The notes below the pieces were generated by a model. It had not been told where the DNA came from and ran no database searches. It was given only the letters and a program-made list of their open reading frames with translations. A stretch of 64,000 bases of DNA from the human T2T-CHM13v2.0 reference genome, Homo sapiens. The position numbers were made by a program, and so were the translations under genes. Shown here one piece after another: positions 1 to 14,660 of this stretch. The DNA is taken from NCBI RefSeq assembly GCF_009914755.1, contig NC_060928.1. One strand, given 5' to 3'. Every line of letters begins with the position of its first letter. Position 1 is the stretch's first letter.

Positions 1-68
1 GTTGCAGTTAGCCGAGATCACACCACTGTGCTCCAGCCTGGGCAACAAAGAGTGAACTTCTGTCTCAA

Positions 69-91
<23 letters not shown>
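1..91 (+). mobile_element. Alu 3' end with poly(A) tail (truncated by window edge)
   Basis: gttgcagttagccgagatcacaccactgtgctccagcctgggcaac...tctc followed by an A-run at 66-91. Confidence 0.9.
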
Positions 92-99
<8 letters not shown>

Positions 100-3000
100 A
101 TTTCAAACACTTGAAATAAAAGTAAATATAATTTTATGTGACAATTTATTTTTCATTGCTACTTTCAGGCATGGCTTATTTATAAAATAAACTTTTGATT
201 TTGTTGATTATCTTTGTTCTCTTCTTATCAAGCAGTTTTGAGAATCATGATAATCTAAACATTAACAGAAATACTTTTTTAGATCTTGTCCTAGATCTTG
301 GGGCTAGGTAGAAGTAAATGTACAGATTGCTTAAATATATTCTAACAAAATATATTCTAATTGATATAGCTTAATAAAATAGATTAAAAAGTTAAGATTT
401 TAATTTAATCAGAGCATCAGAGAAACCTGTCTTACTTAAAACCTATGAGCAACTCTAATTGTGAAAAATAAATGTAGACCTTGACTATCTGGACCAAATG
501 TTTTACAGAGTCAGAACTCTCATATCTGAGAGGAAGGAATGTGTAAGTTAAAGAAAAGCAGTAAAATTGTTTCTAAGGGAGTGATTTTGTAATGGTACAG
601 TTAAGTATCTGTTTTGGTGCTTCCATTTTAATTATTGTGAATAAAGACTATCTGAAAAGATATTTTAGCTTTCATTTCATTGGTATAGTAATTTATTTCT
701 GGTTAGATCAGAGTTTTTTTCTAATGCATATATGATTAGTTTATATATGGGCCAAAAAAATAACAGTGTGGTAACAATTTTGAAAGTATTTTTCATCCTT
801 TCTTGCAAATATTTCCTTCCTATACTTATGTCCCCATACTGTACTTTTGTCACTTTCTTTTTGTAGGTAAAAATATGTTTATTTTTATACTATTCTAGGA
901 TTTGAGATAGTATATAGTGTAAACTTTAGCACTAATAATAGCAGCAATTTGTTAATTGATCAAATTTGCAGTCAGTCTCCTATTTTAGAATCGAATAATA
1001 ACAAACTTATAGATGAATATCAATAGCAAGCTGAAATAATCTTTTGGGAGACATAGTGAACATTTTAATAAGTAGAACATTAGATTTAAAAGACATTTTT
1101 GTTTTTCTTACTTATCTTTTTCTATTTTCTCCCTCTCTTTCTTTGCTCTCTCCACCTCCCTCTTTCCTTTCCTCTCTCCCTCCCTCCTTTCTTATTTCTC
1201 TTTGTTATTCTTTCTCTAACCTCTTTCAGCAGTTCCCTACTATCATTTCCTACTACCATTAAGTGGCCATGTTATGTAGTTGAAGTTTATTTGCTTATGT
1301 GTTACTTCTTGATTTAGTAACTGTAATGTTGTATTATTAATTTTTGCAGACAGTGTATTTTTCTAAGAATAAAAAATATTCACATATGATTTATTTATGT
1401 ATATATGACTTCCATCCTATCTCCCTTTCCAGTGTGGGTCTGTAGAAAGAAAAAGGTGAGCCTTGCAATATTTATCAAATTGTAAGGATTATCAAATGCT
1501 AACATAATTTAGATTTTATTACTTTCAATGGTTCAGAGGCTTAATGTTTCAGAAATTAATTGTTACATATTATTTTAAAGATAGCAATTAAGAGATTATA
1601 CTGAGTCTATACCTACTTGATAACATATTTTTAATAGGTTATTTGTCATTTACATATATACGTATATTTGTTTCATAAAGGACATTCATAAAAGTTAAGC
1701 TTTCTGGACATATAGATGCTGGGGATAGGGAAAACCTATATTAAGTTCATTAGTTTTTATAGGTGTTCAGTGTATATTTGTTGACTGAACGAGAAAAGGT
1801 TTTATGGAAATACTGGATTTTGAAGTGTAATATATTTGTAGTATACTTCTTTAATAGCTCCATAAAGAAATATGTGAGACTATGGTTTATTTATTTAGCC
1901 TATGTTAAACATTAAGTTGTATGCAAAAGAAAAATAAAACATCTTGCCTCATATTATTGGACCATTTTCTTATTATAACAATAAAAACATCAGAAATTTT
2001 AATCCAGATTTTAATGCCTTTTATTTGTGATTTTGTTTTTATAATACTAAGAAAGATTTAGTATTATTGTCTAATAGTTCCTTAGAATTCTTATTATTAA
2101 TATGCTGTTCTAATACAGATAAGGAAGCGTTGACTGTCATGACTTTACAAAATTAACAGAGAAATCAAATCCTTAAGTAGATTGTTTGTTGATTTTATCC
2201 TCTAATAGTCATATTGGAGAATAAAATCTCCCTTGTATCTAAACTCAAGAGAATTTGTGAGTAATTACAATTAGTCACTCAGGATTAACCAAATTTTGTT
2301 TGTGTTTCTATTTTTTTTAGTAGAGTTAAAGGTCCTAATACTGAAATAATAGTCTTATTTGGATCAAGTATAAGGGGAGAGTATTCTTTAGACCTTCTTA
2401 ACCATCAGTGCTTTGCACAGTAGTATTGCACAAGTGCTCTTTTCATTTACCTTTTACAAATTCATAAAACCTCATTTTAAGGACAGAACCAATATAAATA
2501 TACTAATTATAGCCATTACCAGGCAGAAGCATTCAGCAGCTAATAGTCAACTGCATAGACTAATTTTAAAAGTTTAAGATTGAAAAAAAAATTATCTCTT
2601 GAAGAAGTAATTCTTCTAAGACACCTAGGACACTTGGCAGTGCCAGTTCTTAACTGTCAGTGGTCAATTGCAGCAAAGCAACCTTGTGATACATTATTAA
2701 TAAAACATTTTCTTCAGTGTGCACCAACCTAAAATCTGTATGTGGTGATAGCATTAGTTTATTAGGCTCCTGACTACAGGAGTAGTCTTTAATAAAGAAA
2801 ATGTTAAGATGGACAGGGAGATACAGAATTAGATGGAAAGATGTATGCAAATTTGGGGATAATGCCTTATACCTAGTGATTTAATTGTTCAGCTCAAATG
2901 TAATAAAGATTTTTATCTATAAGTAAATGACCTTAAAAGGTCTCTTCTTATATCTTACCTCCAAGATCTGTCACAGAAGCTAAAGCCTAAACTAGTGGGC

Positions 3001-3539
3001 TCTCTGACCCTACTTTGTTACCTAATACTGCCAGTGCTGATTAAATAGCTTCACTGAGCAGAAAGAAATCAAACATTTCCTGCCAAGCTTAAGGTGGAAA
3101 CTTACACTATTATTCAGATCAACATGGTGGTGCTTTAGAACTTACGCATATTAGTAATATCATGTTTCTTTCTTTTGAAACGCACTTGGACACATTTGTG
3201 AGGATACATGGGGACTTGGGGAGCCTCTTTTAATATTGAAATGCCATTTCGAAGTTTACTTCTAAGAGATGTGAATTTTTGAGTCTGGGTGAATTGAAAG
3301 GTAAATGATGATATCCAGTGTAGGATAATGTTAATCACATATAACAAAAATAGTTAAAACACAATGTAATTTACAAGGAAGTTTTTTCTAAAATTTAACT
3401 AAAATAAATGGGATGTGTTCTATTACAAAGACTTTTTATATTCTTGAAATCTTACCCAAGGAATACAAATATGAAATCTTTTATTTGTAAATAAAGTATA
3501 TTTATTGTTTGCCATTTAACTTTTAGCAAGCTATGCATT

Positions 3540-4400
3540 CTCCAGAAGGAAAATGCTTAGGGCCATTGCAGTGATCTAGTCAAGCAATAATGTTAATTGG
3601 AAATAGGGTGATGGCAGTGGAATTAGAATACATGAAATAATAAGATGTCTTTGAGAATTTAAATAGCCATCATTTACTGTTGGATTTGATATGGGGATTA
3701 AATAAGGTAAAAGATTTAAGGATGGTGCCCATATTTCTGTTTTGAACAATCAGTTGAGTAATTGGGCCACTTATTGTAATAGGAAAGACTGGGGGAGAAT
3801 GGACAGTTCTGGATGTACGAAGCAAAAGATCAGTTTTGAGCATGTTGCATTTGAGGGTCTTCTGAAATATAAGTAGAAGTTTCATTACATATGATTGGAA
3901 CTCCCAGAAGAGGTCGGTGCTAAGCATATCAATTGGGAGTTGTCAAGGTATAGATGATATTACTGCCTTGTTAATGGAAGAAGTTATATAAATACAAAGT
4001 GAGTAGATGAAATTCTAAAACTGACACCTAAGGAAATCCAACATTTGGATATCTCATAAAGGAAGAAAAACCAAAGACTAAGAATGAGCAGTCTGACAGG
4101 TAGGAGGAAAGCAGGTATGTAAAGAGAGGAAAGATTGAGTAAAGGATGGTCATCATAACCAGCTTTTACTGAGAAGTAAAATATGTATACCAAAATGTCC
4201 ATCTGATTTGGCAAGCAGAGATCATTGGTCATAACTAATGAGAGTTGCTAATGTATAGAGTAGTTGGAGGCTGATTAAAGTGGGTACAATAATGAATGGG
4301 AAGTAAGAAATGGGAGATAGCAGTAGCTAGGGGGAAATGTGGTTAACAGAGGAAGAGTTTGGTTTGGTTTGACTATGGGAGATACTAGCTTATGTTCACA
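3540..4400. mobile_element. Probable ancient L2 fragment(s)
   Basis: Purine-rich, L2-like phrases (cagttttgagcatgttgcatttgag; atttggcaagcagagatcattggtc). Recognised by eye only. Confidence 0.45.
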
Positions 4401-4592
4401 TACTAATGGGAATATTCAACAGAAAGGAAGAATATTGAAAATATGAGGAGATAGCAACAGAGAATTAACGAAAGAAGTAAAGTCTTTGATAAAGTAAAAT
4501 TATGAGGGGGGAATCCAGAATACATATTGGGGATTGGCCTTCAACTGGCAGGAAATTTCATCGTTTAAGATGGCAAAGAAAAGAGTAGACAT

Positions 4593-4889
<297 letters not shown>

Positions 4890-6727
4890 GTAGACATAGG
4901 TAGTATAGAATTACTCATGGAAAGATGAGAAAGCTCTCCTCCAACAGCTCCGGTTTTCCTGGAGTTATGACAACACCATCAGCCAAAAGAATAGGGAGTT
5001 AAGTTAGAAAATGTGGAGAATGAGGAAAAGTGAAACAGTCATTGTGGAAAGTAAGCACACTGTTAACATGTGGTGTTGCGTGTACAAAGTGATTGACTAT
5101 GAATTTATGGTGTTGCCAAATACCCACTTGTTTGATGTTTTTCCAAGTTTTAACTGCTTGTTTGGTAGTCAAGGTAGCAGGATAAGGCAGATGGTTAAGT
5201 TCATCTATGTGTGGTTTATGATCCTTGAATCCTTTCCATTCTTTTTTTAAATCTATTGTGTTCTATCAATTTTCAAGAATATCTCTGTTCTCTATTCAAT
5301 AAAATTTTAAATTAATGAGTTCCAAATGTGGTTTGTTTAAGAATATAACATCCCTAAAATACTGTAACACAGACATATGTTTATCAGTTTTCAAATTATC
5401 TTAGGTTAGAAGCTGGAGTCTGTGACAATCTGTGTCTGGATGTGGTATGGTATATTTCTTGGTGTTCTTTATCTGATGTGCCCAAAATATAGATGTTATC
5501 CTTATTTACACTTGAGTAGATTCATGGGAAGATGAGGCACAATAAAAGCACAATGTTTTAATCTTATCCTTAAGCAATTATTTGCTGCCATTCTGAAATG
5601 AATTCCCTTTTTAAAGATTTTTTAAGGTAAAATTTGTGTTCAGGGAATTAAAGCTTATAGTTGTTACACTAAAGAGGCAATTGATGTCTTTAAATAAATT
5701 AACAAGCAATTTATTATTATTAAGGTTTTAGTCATTATTTTATATTGTATAGCAGATAGATATCACAGCGATCACAGAAGGTAGCACATGAAATCTTCAG
5801 TGTTTATGGGCTATTGAGTTAGTGACTATAAAATATTTACCCGTATTTCTTTTTTCAGTAGTGGCCATATATATGCTTTTTTGTTGAATCTATGGATTCA
5901 CAAAATTAATTTCTGGATGGACATTTTTGGTGTGTGTCACATTTATAGACTACTGCCTTTTAAAAAAAAGTAAAATGACTACTGATTTTTAACTATATCA
6001 AGGACTAAAGAATAAGAGTTGGTACTTTATTACAATTGGCAAATAATGGTAAATTATGTTCTAGAGGAAAAAACTTTTTTAGTGCATGAGGGTCTGCCAT
6101 GGAAACAGTAAGTTTCTTTCATAACTTAAACACAGTCAAAATTATTTGGATTTCAAACACAAAGTTTTCTGAAAACATGTCTAATTATAATAAAATCTTG
6201 ATACTTAAGAATTCGAAATGCTACAATCCTATTTCCATCCAGAATATAGCAAGAATTCTTTGTTTCTTCCTTAAATGTATGTATTTAAAAGATCGAAATA
6301 TACTAGGGCTTTATAGTGATATGACATACATTTGAGTTATACCTTTAGAAGTTAAAGTAGTTCACTATACATTCCATTACTGCCCCAAATCATTTCTTGG
6401 ATAGTGAATATTCTTCCAAACTGGATAGTTGTCTGCTTTTTTAAAACCAAATAATTCACATTTGATGAATATAAAATAATACCACTCAAAAATGTCAGTT
6501 CAGTATATTGCTTTTATTAGATAAGAGACGATGAACTATGAAAAGTTATGCAAACATAGTATCTCTTTCCTCTTCCACTATGACCATCATCACCATCCCA
6601 TTTCACCTCTGATCTTCCATTTGGAGCATTTAGGAAATTGCCACCACTTTCATTGTCAATAGTGGATTACATTTCCATTTATTTTCTAAAAATTGTGTGC
6701 ATACATGATAGATTCTTATCATTCCAG

Positions 6728-7288
6728 GAAGAAGCTCTACTTCTGATGTACTAGACATACAAAAGCCTCCACTCTCTCATCAGACCTTTCTTAACAAAGG
6801 GCTTAGTAAATCTATGGGATTTCTGTCCATCAAAGATACACAAGATGAGAATTATTTCAAGGACATTTTATCAGATAATTCTGGACGTGAAGATTCTGAA
6901 AATACATTCTCCCCTTACCAGTTCAAAACTAGTGGCCCAGAAAAAAAACCCATCCCTGGCATTGATGTGCTTTCTAAGAAGAAGATCTGGGCTTCATCCA
7001 TGGACTTGCTTTGTACAGCTGACAGAGACTTCTCTTCAGGAGAGACTGCCACATATCGTCGTTGTCACCCTGAGGCAGTAACAGTGCGGACTTCAACTAC
7101 TCCTAGAAAAAAGGAGGCAAGATACTCAGATGGAAGTATAGCCTTGGATATCTTTGGCCCTCAGAAAATGGATCCAATATATCACACTCGAGAATTGCCC
7201 ACCTCCTCAGCAATATCAAGTGCTTTGGACCGAATCCGAGAGAGACAAAAGAAACTTCAGGTTCTGAGGGAAGCCATGAATGTAGAAG
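6728..7288 (+). CDS. PTPN13: PTPN13 coding exon (probable exon 7, 561 nt, phase 1-1): (G)RSSTSDVLDIQKPP...REAMNVE
   Basis: ttccag| acceptor and AAG|gttagt donor. ORF 6814-7293 matches the PTPN13 linker after the KIND domain as I recall it. Confidence 0.96.
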
Positions 7289-9071
7289 GTTAGTAATTCT
7301 GTGCATGTTTGAGAAAGAATTGAAGTATTTTAAATATTTTTTTGAAATAAAGAAGGGTTATTAAATTATTCCACAAGTCTTATTTTCACTGCCAAATTTT
7401 TGTACCCTGGTTAGTCTCTTACTTCTCTGTCAATTTCTGTTCTCCCTTCCATCAAAACCCTAATTGAAATACTCTGCTTCCACAAAGTCATCCCTAATAA
7501 AAATGCCCAGTCACGTTATAGTCTCTCGATATTTGGGATAGTATATTTTTAGATTGTAAGCTTCTCAAAGGCAGGAGGCATATTTTCTACTTCTTTTTGC
7601 TTAAATTCTCCACCATACCGTCTACCATGCACTATCTCATGGGAGGCTTCAGTAAATAACTGGTTTGTGGAAATAAAAAGCAGTTCATCAAAATCAGCAA
7701 TGCCGGAGAAGCAGAATAGCATGGTTATGGTGCATTGCTTCTCAAACCACCAGCTTCAAATTACAAATTTTGGGGGCACAACTGTAGAAGATTATAATTT
7801 ACTTTGTCTGGAATAAAGTTTTGAATCCATACCTTTTGAATCATAGTACATTTTAGGTTTACAGAGTCAGCCTAGGTTTGAATTAGTTCCTCCATTAGTA
7901 ACTATGTGGTCTTTACTTGGGCTTCATCTCTCCAAGTCTAAATTACTCCATCTATAAAATGGGCTTCTCAAAGTAGGTTAATTAGGTAATGAATGTAAAG
8001 TGATTAATATTACATTATTAGTGTGAGTAATATAAAAATAACTTTATAAATGGTAATTTCTTATTCTAGAGAAAAACTGTTTCAAAAATACTTGATTTCA
8101 CACACAAAACTCAATATGTTGATTGGAGTAAAATTATGTCCAAGACATATGGATAGAGGCTATTTTCAGTATAAATAGATGTGACATATAGAGGCTATTT
8201 TTAGTATGAATAGAAGCAAGAGAAAAGAAGAGATAATTTTTAATCTAATTCTGTACATTTTTTAAGATTCAAGTTTTATACTGCCCTTGCTTCCTAGACA
8301 AATCCTAGGACATAGCTGATTAAAGACGACTTTAAGATCTTTCTAGTTCAAAGAAAAGAATGACATAATTAAGGATCATATTTATTTTTAAGATCGTTAT
8401 TCTAGTGTAATATTTTTTATTAATATATTTCCTTTAAAGTATTCTAAAGATCTGTTGTCCTGTTACTTAAGTTTCAGGCATAGCTCTGGAGCTGAACAAC
8501 ATAATTTATGAGTTTTGCTGTACTTTGAGTAAAAGAAGCTTTGCATTGTTTTTTCAATTTCAGGAATTGAAAATTAGTAAAGAATTTGAAATTATGGAGG
8601 AAATTATTGAATAGTTAATTGATATGGGTTCCGATATAACATGAATTTTTCAAAAACATTAGCCAACTTTATGAGATGGTTGTATATAACCTTGATCGAA
8701 TACTTTCAAAGATAGGAAGTAAAAATTTAGAAATTTATATTATACACAACTTCACAACTTTTGGAATTGTGATAGCAGAGAGATTAGGCACTTTCTATGG
8801 TTTAAAAGAAAAGTCTCCTTTTTTATGTTGTACAACAGCTAGTATATGAACATTAATTTAGTCTGACCTTCTGTCAAGCATGCCCTCATGGAAACAATTA
8901 TATAAAGAAATCTTGTCCATTGTGAAAAAAAAAAAACCTTCAATGATTCAAATAGATAAAACCATTATAGTTTTGAAATAGAAATAATGAAGATATGTAC
9001 CAATCTATATGAGTATTTAAAAGGCTGAATGGTATCTTTTTTTTATTGTGAATGTTAAAAATGAAATTATA

Positions 9072-9357
9072 GGCCAGGCATGGTGGGTCACACCTGTAAT
9101 CCTAGCACTTTTGGAGGTCAAGGTGGGAGAATTGCTTGAAGTCAGAAGTTCAAGACCAGTCTGGGCAATATAGCAAGACCTCATATCTACAAAAAAAATT
9201 TTTTAATTATCCAAGTGTGGTGGTGCACACCTGTAGTTCCAGCTACTCAGGAGGCTGAGGTGGGAGGATCACTTGAGCTGAGAAGTTTGAAGCTGCAGTG
9301 ATCTGTCATCAAGCCACTGCACTCTAGACTGTGCAACAAAGCGAGACTCTGTCTCTA
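9072..9357 (+). mobile_element. AluJ-like SINE
   Basis: Diverged dimeric Alu with ggaggatcacttgagc diagnostics. Confidence 0.88.
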
Positions 9358-9377
9358 ATGATAGTAATAATAAAATT

Positions 9378-9680
<303 letters not shown>

Positions 9681-10540
9681 TCATTATAATTTCTAATGTT
9701 TTTATGTGTGATCTAAGTTTCAAAACATTACTTGTCTTGATATTTGGTAAATTAGTAGTAATGTGAATTAGCAAAGCTTGAGATTTTTTTTTTATACTTG
9801 AACCTTGGTTTGAGAGTTAAACAGGAAAAACATCAAACATTAATGGAAACGTATTTAATCTGTTAAATTATACCATAATAGTCTATTTAATATATTTCGT
9901 TTGTTTTTCATTACCAATAACAAAATATATTAGACTATTGTAGCATATGATTCTATTATCTTCTCAGTTAATGTGTATGCACATGTGTATAAGTGTTAAG
10001 GAAACTCAGACCATCTTATTTCTACATATGCTTTTATATCTGCAAAGATGATACATAATTCTTGTAGAGCCTTATTTGTTCAAAAGGTAATTACGTATTT
10101 GATACATCATTTCCAGATTTAGAAATTTCGTATTTGTTATAGGATGCACAAACAAAAGAAAAGCTTTTTAAAAAAAAATCTGCTTTCAATTGTTCGATAT
10201 AGGACAATCTTGAAATCTTTTTAACTAGGGTTTTCAAAAGCATTTGCTCTCATGAAGAACCTACCCATTATTCCCCCAGAGGATATTTTACAACCCAGTT
10301 AAACAAACACCTAAAAATGTTGGATTATTATGGAAATACACTACCTTAAACCTCCATTATTATATAGTAACTTGAAAGCAGCAATAAATTATGTTTGCTT
10401 TAGACTACAGGCATTAATCAAAAGGAATGTTAGAAGTTTAGAATTCAAAAGCACTAATTCTTACTAGTTATTTAGTTGAGTAACTTGCTGGTCTTATGCT
10501 GTGCTTTTTCTAAAGGTGAGGTAATTTATGTTGCAAACAA

Positions 10541-10835
10541 GGCTGGGCGCGGTGGCTGATGCCTGTAATCCCAGCACTTTGGGAGGCCAGGGCGGGCAGA
10601 TCACGAGGTCAGGAGATCAAGACCATCCTGGCTAACACGGTGAAACCCCATCTCTACTAAAAATACAAAAATTAGCCTGGTGTGGTGGTACATGCCTGTA
10701 GTCCCAGCTATTCAGGAGGCTGAGGCAGGAGAATCACTTGAACCTATGAGGCAGAGGTTGCAGTGAGCCAAGATCGTGCCATTGCACTGCAGCCTGGGTG
10801 ACAGAGCAAGACTCCGTCTCAAAAAAAAAAAAAAA
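10541..10835 (+). mobile_element. AluSc-like SINE
   Basis: ggctgggcgcggtggct...gatcacgaggtcaggagatc, with an A15 tail. Confidence 0.9.
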
Positions 10836-13522
10836 GACATGCGCAAACAAACGTGCAGCTTGTTAATATGAAGATTTTAGCTACTATACAAAGAAAAAAG
10901 AATAGAAAATCATGTAAATCCCATTTTTCTCATTTAATTCTAGTGAGAGACAGGCTTCACAGATCCCTTTTATGTGTGATAAATCAAGCAGAACTGTAAA
11001 TATCAATGTATACATTTTATTGTACACATTTCTTTCTTAAACTATTTGTGTTTTAAAAGTTTTAAAAAGAAATGTTTTGTACAATTTTTGTGATCTTTAA
11101 ATTTGGCAGCTGCTAATGGGTTTCAGTAATTATAGAATTAGAAGAGGTCTTAGAGCACATGTTATCGAAACATATTCTTGGGCTTGTAAAGATTTAATAA
11201 CATACCTAAGATCACATAATGAGTTAAAGATAGAGTTTTATTATTTTGGAGATTGTAGATTTTCATCATGGATTTTCAGAATATCAGTCTAAGGATTTCC
11301 CACTACATGTGACTTAAAAAAAAAAAAGGATGTATTCTCACATTCCTTGAGCTGATATAATAATTGGAAGAAACAAAATTGCTAAATTTTAATTTGTTCT
11401 TTGGGTGTTCTAGGAGGGTTATTGAGTTAATAAACAGTTTTCTCCTCCAACCTCTGATAATATAGCTTTTTCCTTAACCCAGGCCCCATTCTCTTGAAAG
11501 GATCCTTTACCTAAATAATCTCCTCAGCATTTCCCCAGCTAACAACATCAACTAGCTAACTAGCATAAGGGACACAAGACCTTCAAATCATGGAATTTGG
11601 AAGTGGAAGGAATCTGGATACCATTTAAACCAAACATCTCATTTTCAGAGGTCCAGAGAAGTAGACTAGTTTGCCAAAGGAGATACATAATTCATAATTC
11701 ATAACAGAGCCATATTTTGAATCCCAGTCTCTAGAGCCCAATTATAAGATTCTTCCACTCTGCTGTCCTGATTTAAAGAAGAGACCAGATACATGTCAGA
11801 TACATGGTTGAAAAGATGTTGTTACTGCCTGGGACATTGGACATTCAACTAACTGCCTTCCAAGTCCCTTAAGTCTCTCCTTAAAAAAATTATATAATTT
11901 TTAATACAGTGAAACAAGATAGTATTAGGAAAGGCTAAAATGAGGCACTTTTGGTTTTTTCTGTATTAAACCATAAGGTGCAGGGGTTAAGGTGGAACTC
12001 CATTATGTTATCTATTGTGGTAGATAGTATTTTGGTGGGGTTCTACTATGGTCGAATCTTTAAGGCAGCTAATCCTATGACTGACCAGATAGGCCATAAA
12101 TTATCAAAAAGCAGTGATTGGCATTGAGTGGTCTGATTTCTTTGGGAACAAAATGAGATAGGAACAAAAAAGATCTCAAGAAAGAAATTGTAGTTGAAAT
12201 TGAAAAATTATAAATAGAAGATTATTACTGCGATTATTAAGTTAACTTTTCAGATAGTTCTCTACATACGTAAAGCAGTAGGGAAGGGGCAGGAAGAAAC
12301 ATAACTTAGGTTTCTCTTGTAGAAACTAGTTTTAAAATTTGATGTTGCCCTTTTTTGCTTCATTCTTTTAATTCTACTTTTTTTTCACCTCAGCACAGGA
12401 CTATCTAATTCTCCTCTTTTTTCTCAGTATTTTATTTTCTACCTCTTCAACTCCATCCCAAGATCTGAGTAGTTGTCTGTTTTCTAATAGGAGTATCTGA
12501 CAAATGTCTCTTTCTGTCTTTCTTGTAATGTGATTACCATACACGCCCTATCCATTGCTCTGTGGGTTGGCAGTAGATTCCTGATTATGAGAGATTGACT
12601 TGGAACCAGTACTGTGAGTACAGAGTGAGCAGTACTCCCACACCCTGGGTGGGGATCATTAATAGCATTTGGCTTCCAACAGTTGCAACTCCTCTGCATT
12701 CTGCACAATACTAGAAAGGAAAGTATGAAGAACAGATACAACTAATTTCTACAAAAGTGGCTATAGTTAAGTGTTATTTGTTTAATGGGCTGTTAATCAA
12801 CCTAGTTCACATCAAAATGAAATATTGTTTTCTTCCTTCTAGTAGTGTGATCTCTGGTCCTAGCCTAGTTTTGCTATCCTGTGACTGCCCTGTGAACACA
12901 GCTTAGACTCTATGTTGTGCAACTAGAATATGTAAACACTCAAGTATGGGAACCCATTCTCATTTGAGGAACCTTAATGTTTCATTTGAGAAGATTGAAT
13001 TTAAAAGTTTACATTCTTACAGTTACGCTTAAGAAAAGCAAAGGGATGAATTTATAAGTGTGTGAGTTCATGTTCAAGTATTATGTGTGGTACTTTTAGT
13101 ATCTTAATAATTTTATGGAGATATATATATTTTTTCAAAACATCTTTTTTAAATTCTAAAACTAGTATTTCTTTACTTCCCTTTGAATAGCAAGAAAAAA
13201 ATGATTGAGTTATTATTTAAGTTACTCCGTGAGCTAAAATAAATAATTTTAATATTAAATTTCTATTTGATTTATATCAGTTCCACAAAAGTAAATGAGA
13301 ATAAGCAGGGATTTTCTGTAATATTGGTCAAATACCACATGTATTTCAGGCATTAATGACTTAATTACTAGATTAAGAAATCTTAAGTATTAGATTATAA
13401 ATGAGATGCAAATATATTTTGTTTCTCTGAATTATAATGTAGATAGAATCAACATCTTAGAAAGGAAAGAAGTGTCTACTGTGTTTCCATGGCTGGATTT
13501 TAAAGAGATTTGTAATTTAGAC

Positions 13523-13710
13523 CAGTATTGTCCAACAGAATTTCTTCAATGGAGGAAATAGTCTATATCTGCACAGTCCAACTCAGTAGCTACTAGCTAC
13601 ATGTGACTATGGAGCACTTGCAATGTAGGTAGTGCAACTGAGGAACTGAATATTTTATTTAAACTTACATAGTTACATGTGGCTAGTAGTCACCATATTG
13701 GACAGTGCAG
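13523..13710. mobile_element. MER3-like hAT/Charlie DNA transposon fossil
   Basis: Terminal inverted repeats cagtattgtccaa / ttggacagtgcag. 8-bp TSD atttagac (13515-22) / ctttagac (13711-18). Confidence 0.8.
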
Positions 13711-14539
13711 CTTTAGACTATTCCCATATGATATTAGGTCAGTATAAAATACCAACACTCAGTTGAGGAAAGAGTGGCTTTAGAACCATTTGGGAGATGG
13801 TGAGCAATAAATCGTTATTTAGTTTAAGTAAGAATACAACTGAGAATGTATATTTACTTCTCTTCTTTCGGTTTATCCAAGTGGAAAAATAAAATTACAT
13901 TTTTAAATACTAGGGAAAATTAAAGGTCAAACCAATACAGACTTTCCAGTGTCTGTACTCATGATAACGTGAGATCAGAGTTCACAGAAATAATATGTTC
14001 CTTTATTGGAAATGAGAGACCTAATTTAAATCTACTCATAGCATGGTTCACATAGACCCAGTTTGGCTTTGACATAGCCACTCTCTAAGGACGGATTGAT
14101 ATGTCTTAAGAAAGATCGAAAATGGATCTTACTAACAATAGGTATCATCACATTTTTTAAGACCCAGCAATTTTAAACTTAAGTGTTTCCTTATTTCATC
14201 CCAGTCCCCTTGTCTCTCCATTTGTCTCTCTGCCGTGCAAGTTTGAATACCTTTATTCTCTGCTATCAGCCATTTACCAATGTTCCATCACCTGAACAGG
14301 ATAAAATTCTAGCTCCTTGGATCATCATACTTAAGGTTCCCCATGATTATATCTCTCCTCTCATCTTTTAGCATTTCCCATATCACACCTCATACTATCA
14401 TTCTCTCCCTTTCTCCCTGTCTCCCTCCCTCCCTTTTTCTTTCTCTCCTCCCCACTCCCTTCTTTCTTACTCTCTTACACACTTTTCCTCCCTCCTTGCC
14501 TCCCCAGCTCTGAATTTGTGTGTATGTAGAGAAAAAGAA

Positions 14540-14660
14540 ATACATACACACACACATACACACACACACACACAAACACACACTTGTGTGGATGGATGCG
14601 TGGATAGATAGATGATTGATTGATAGATCTACCTGCCTACTTACCTATCTACCTATTTAT
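14540..14660. repeat. Compound (CA)n / (GATG/GATA)n / (CTAC)n microsatellite
   Basis: Directly visible. Confidence 0.9.

Noticed and set aside
1044-1317. Hydrophobic 72-aa ORFs, also at 14390, 20568 and 27151
   Set aside because: They are artefacts of CT-rich or CA/TA low-complexity sequence.
6845-7306. Overlapping alternate-frame (78 aa) and antisense (67 aa) ORFs in exon 7
   Set aside because: They are short shadows of a real coding exon, with no splice or initiation support.
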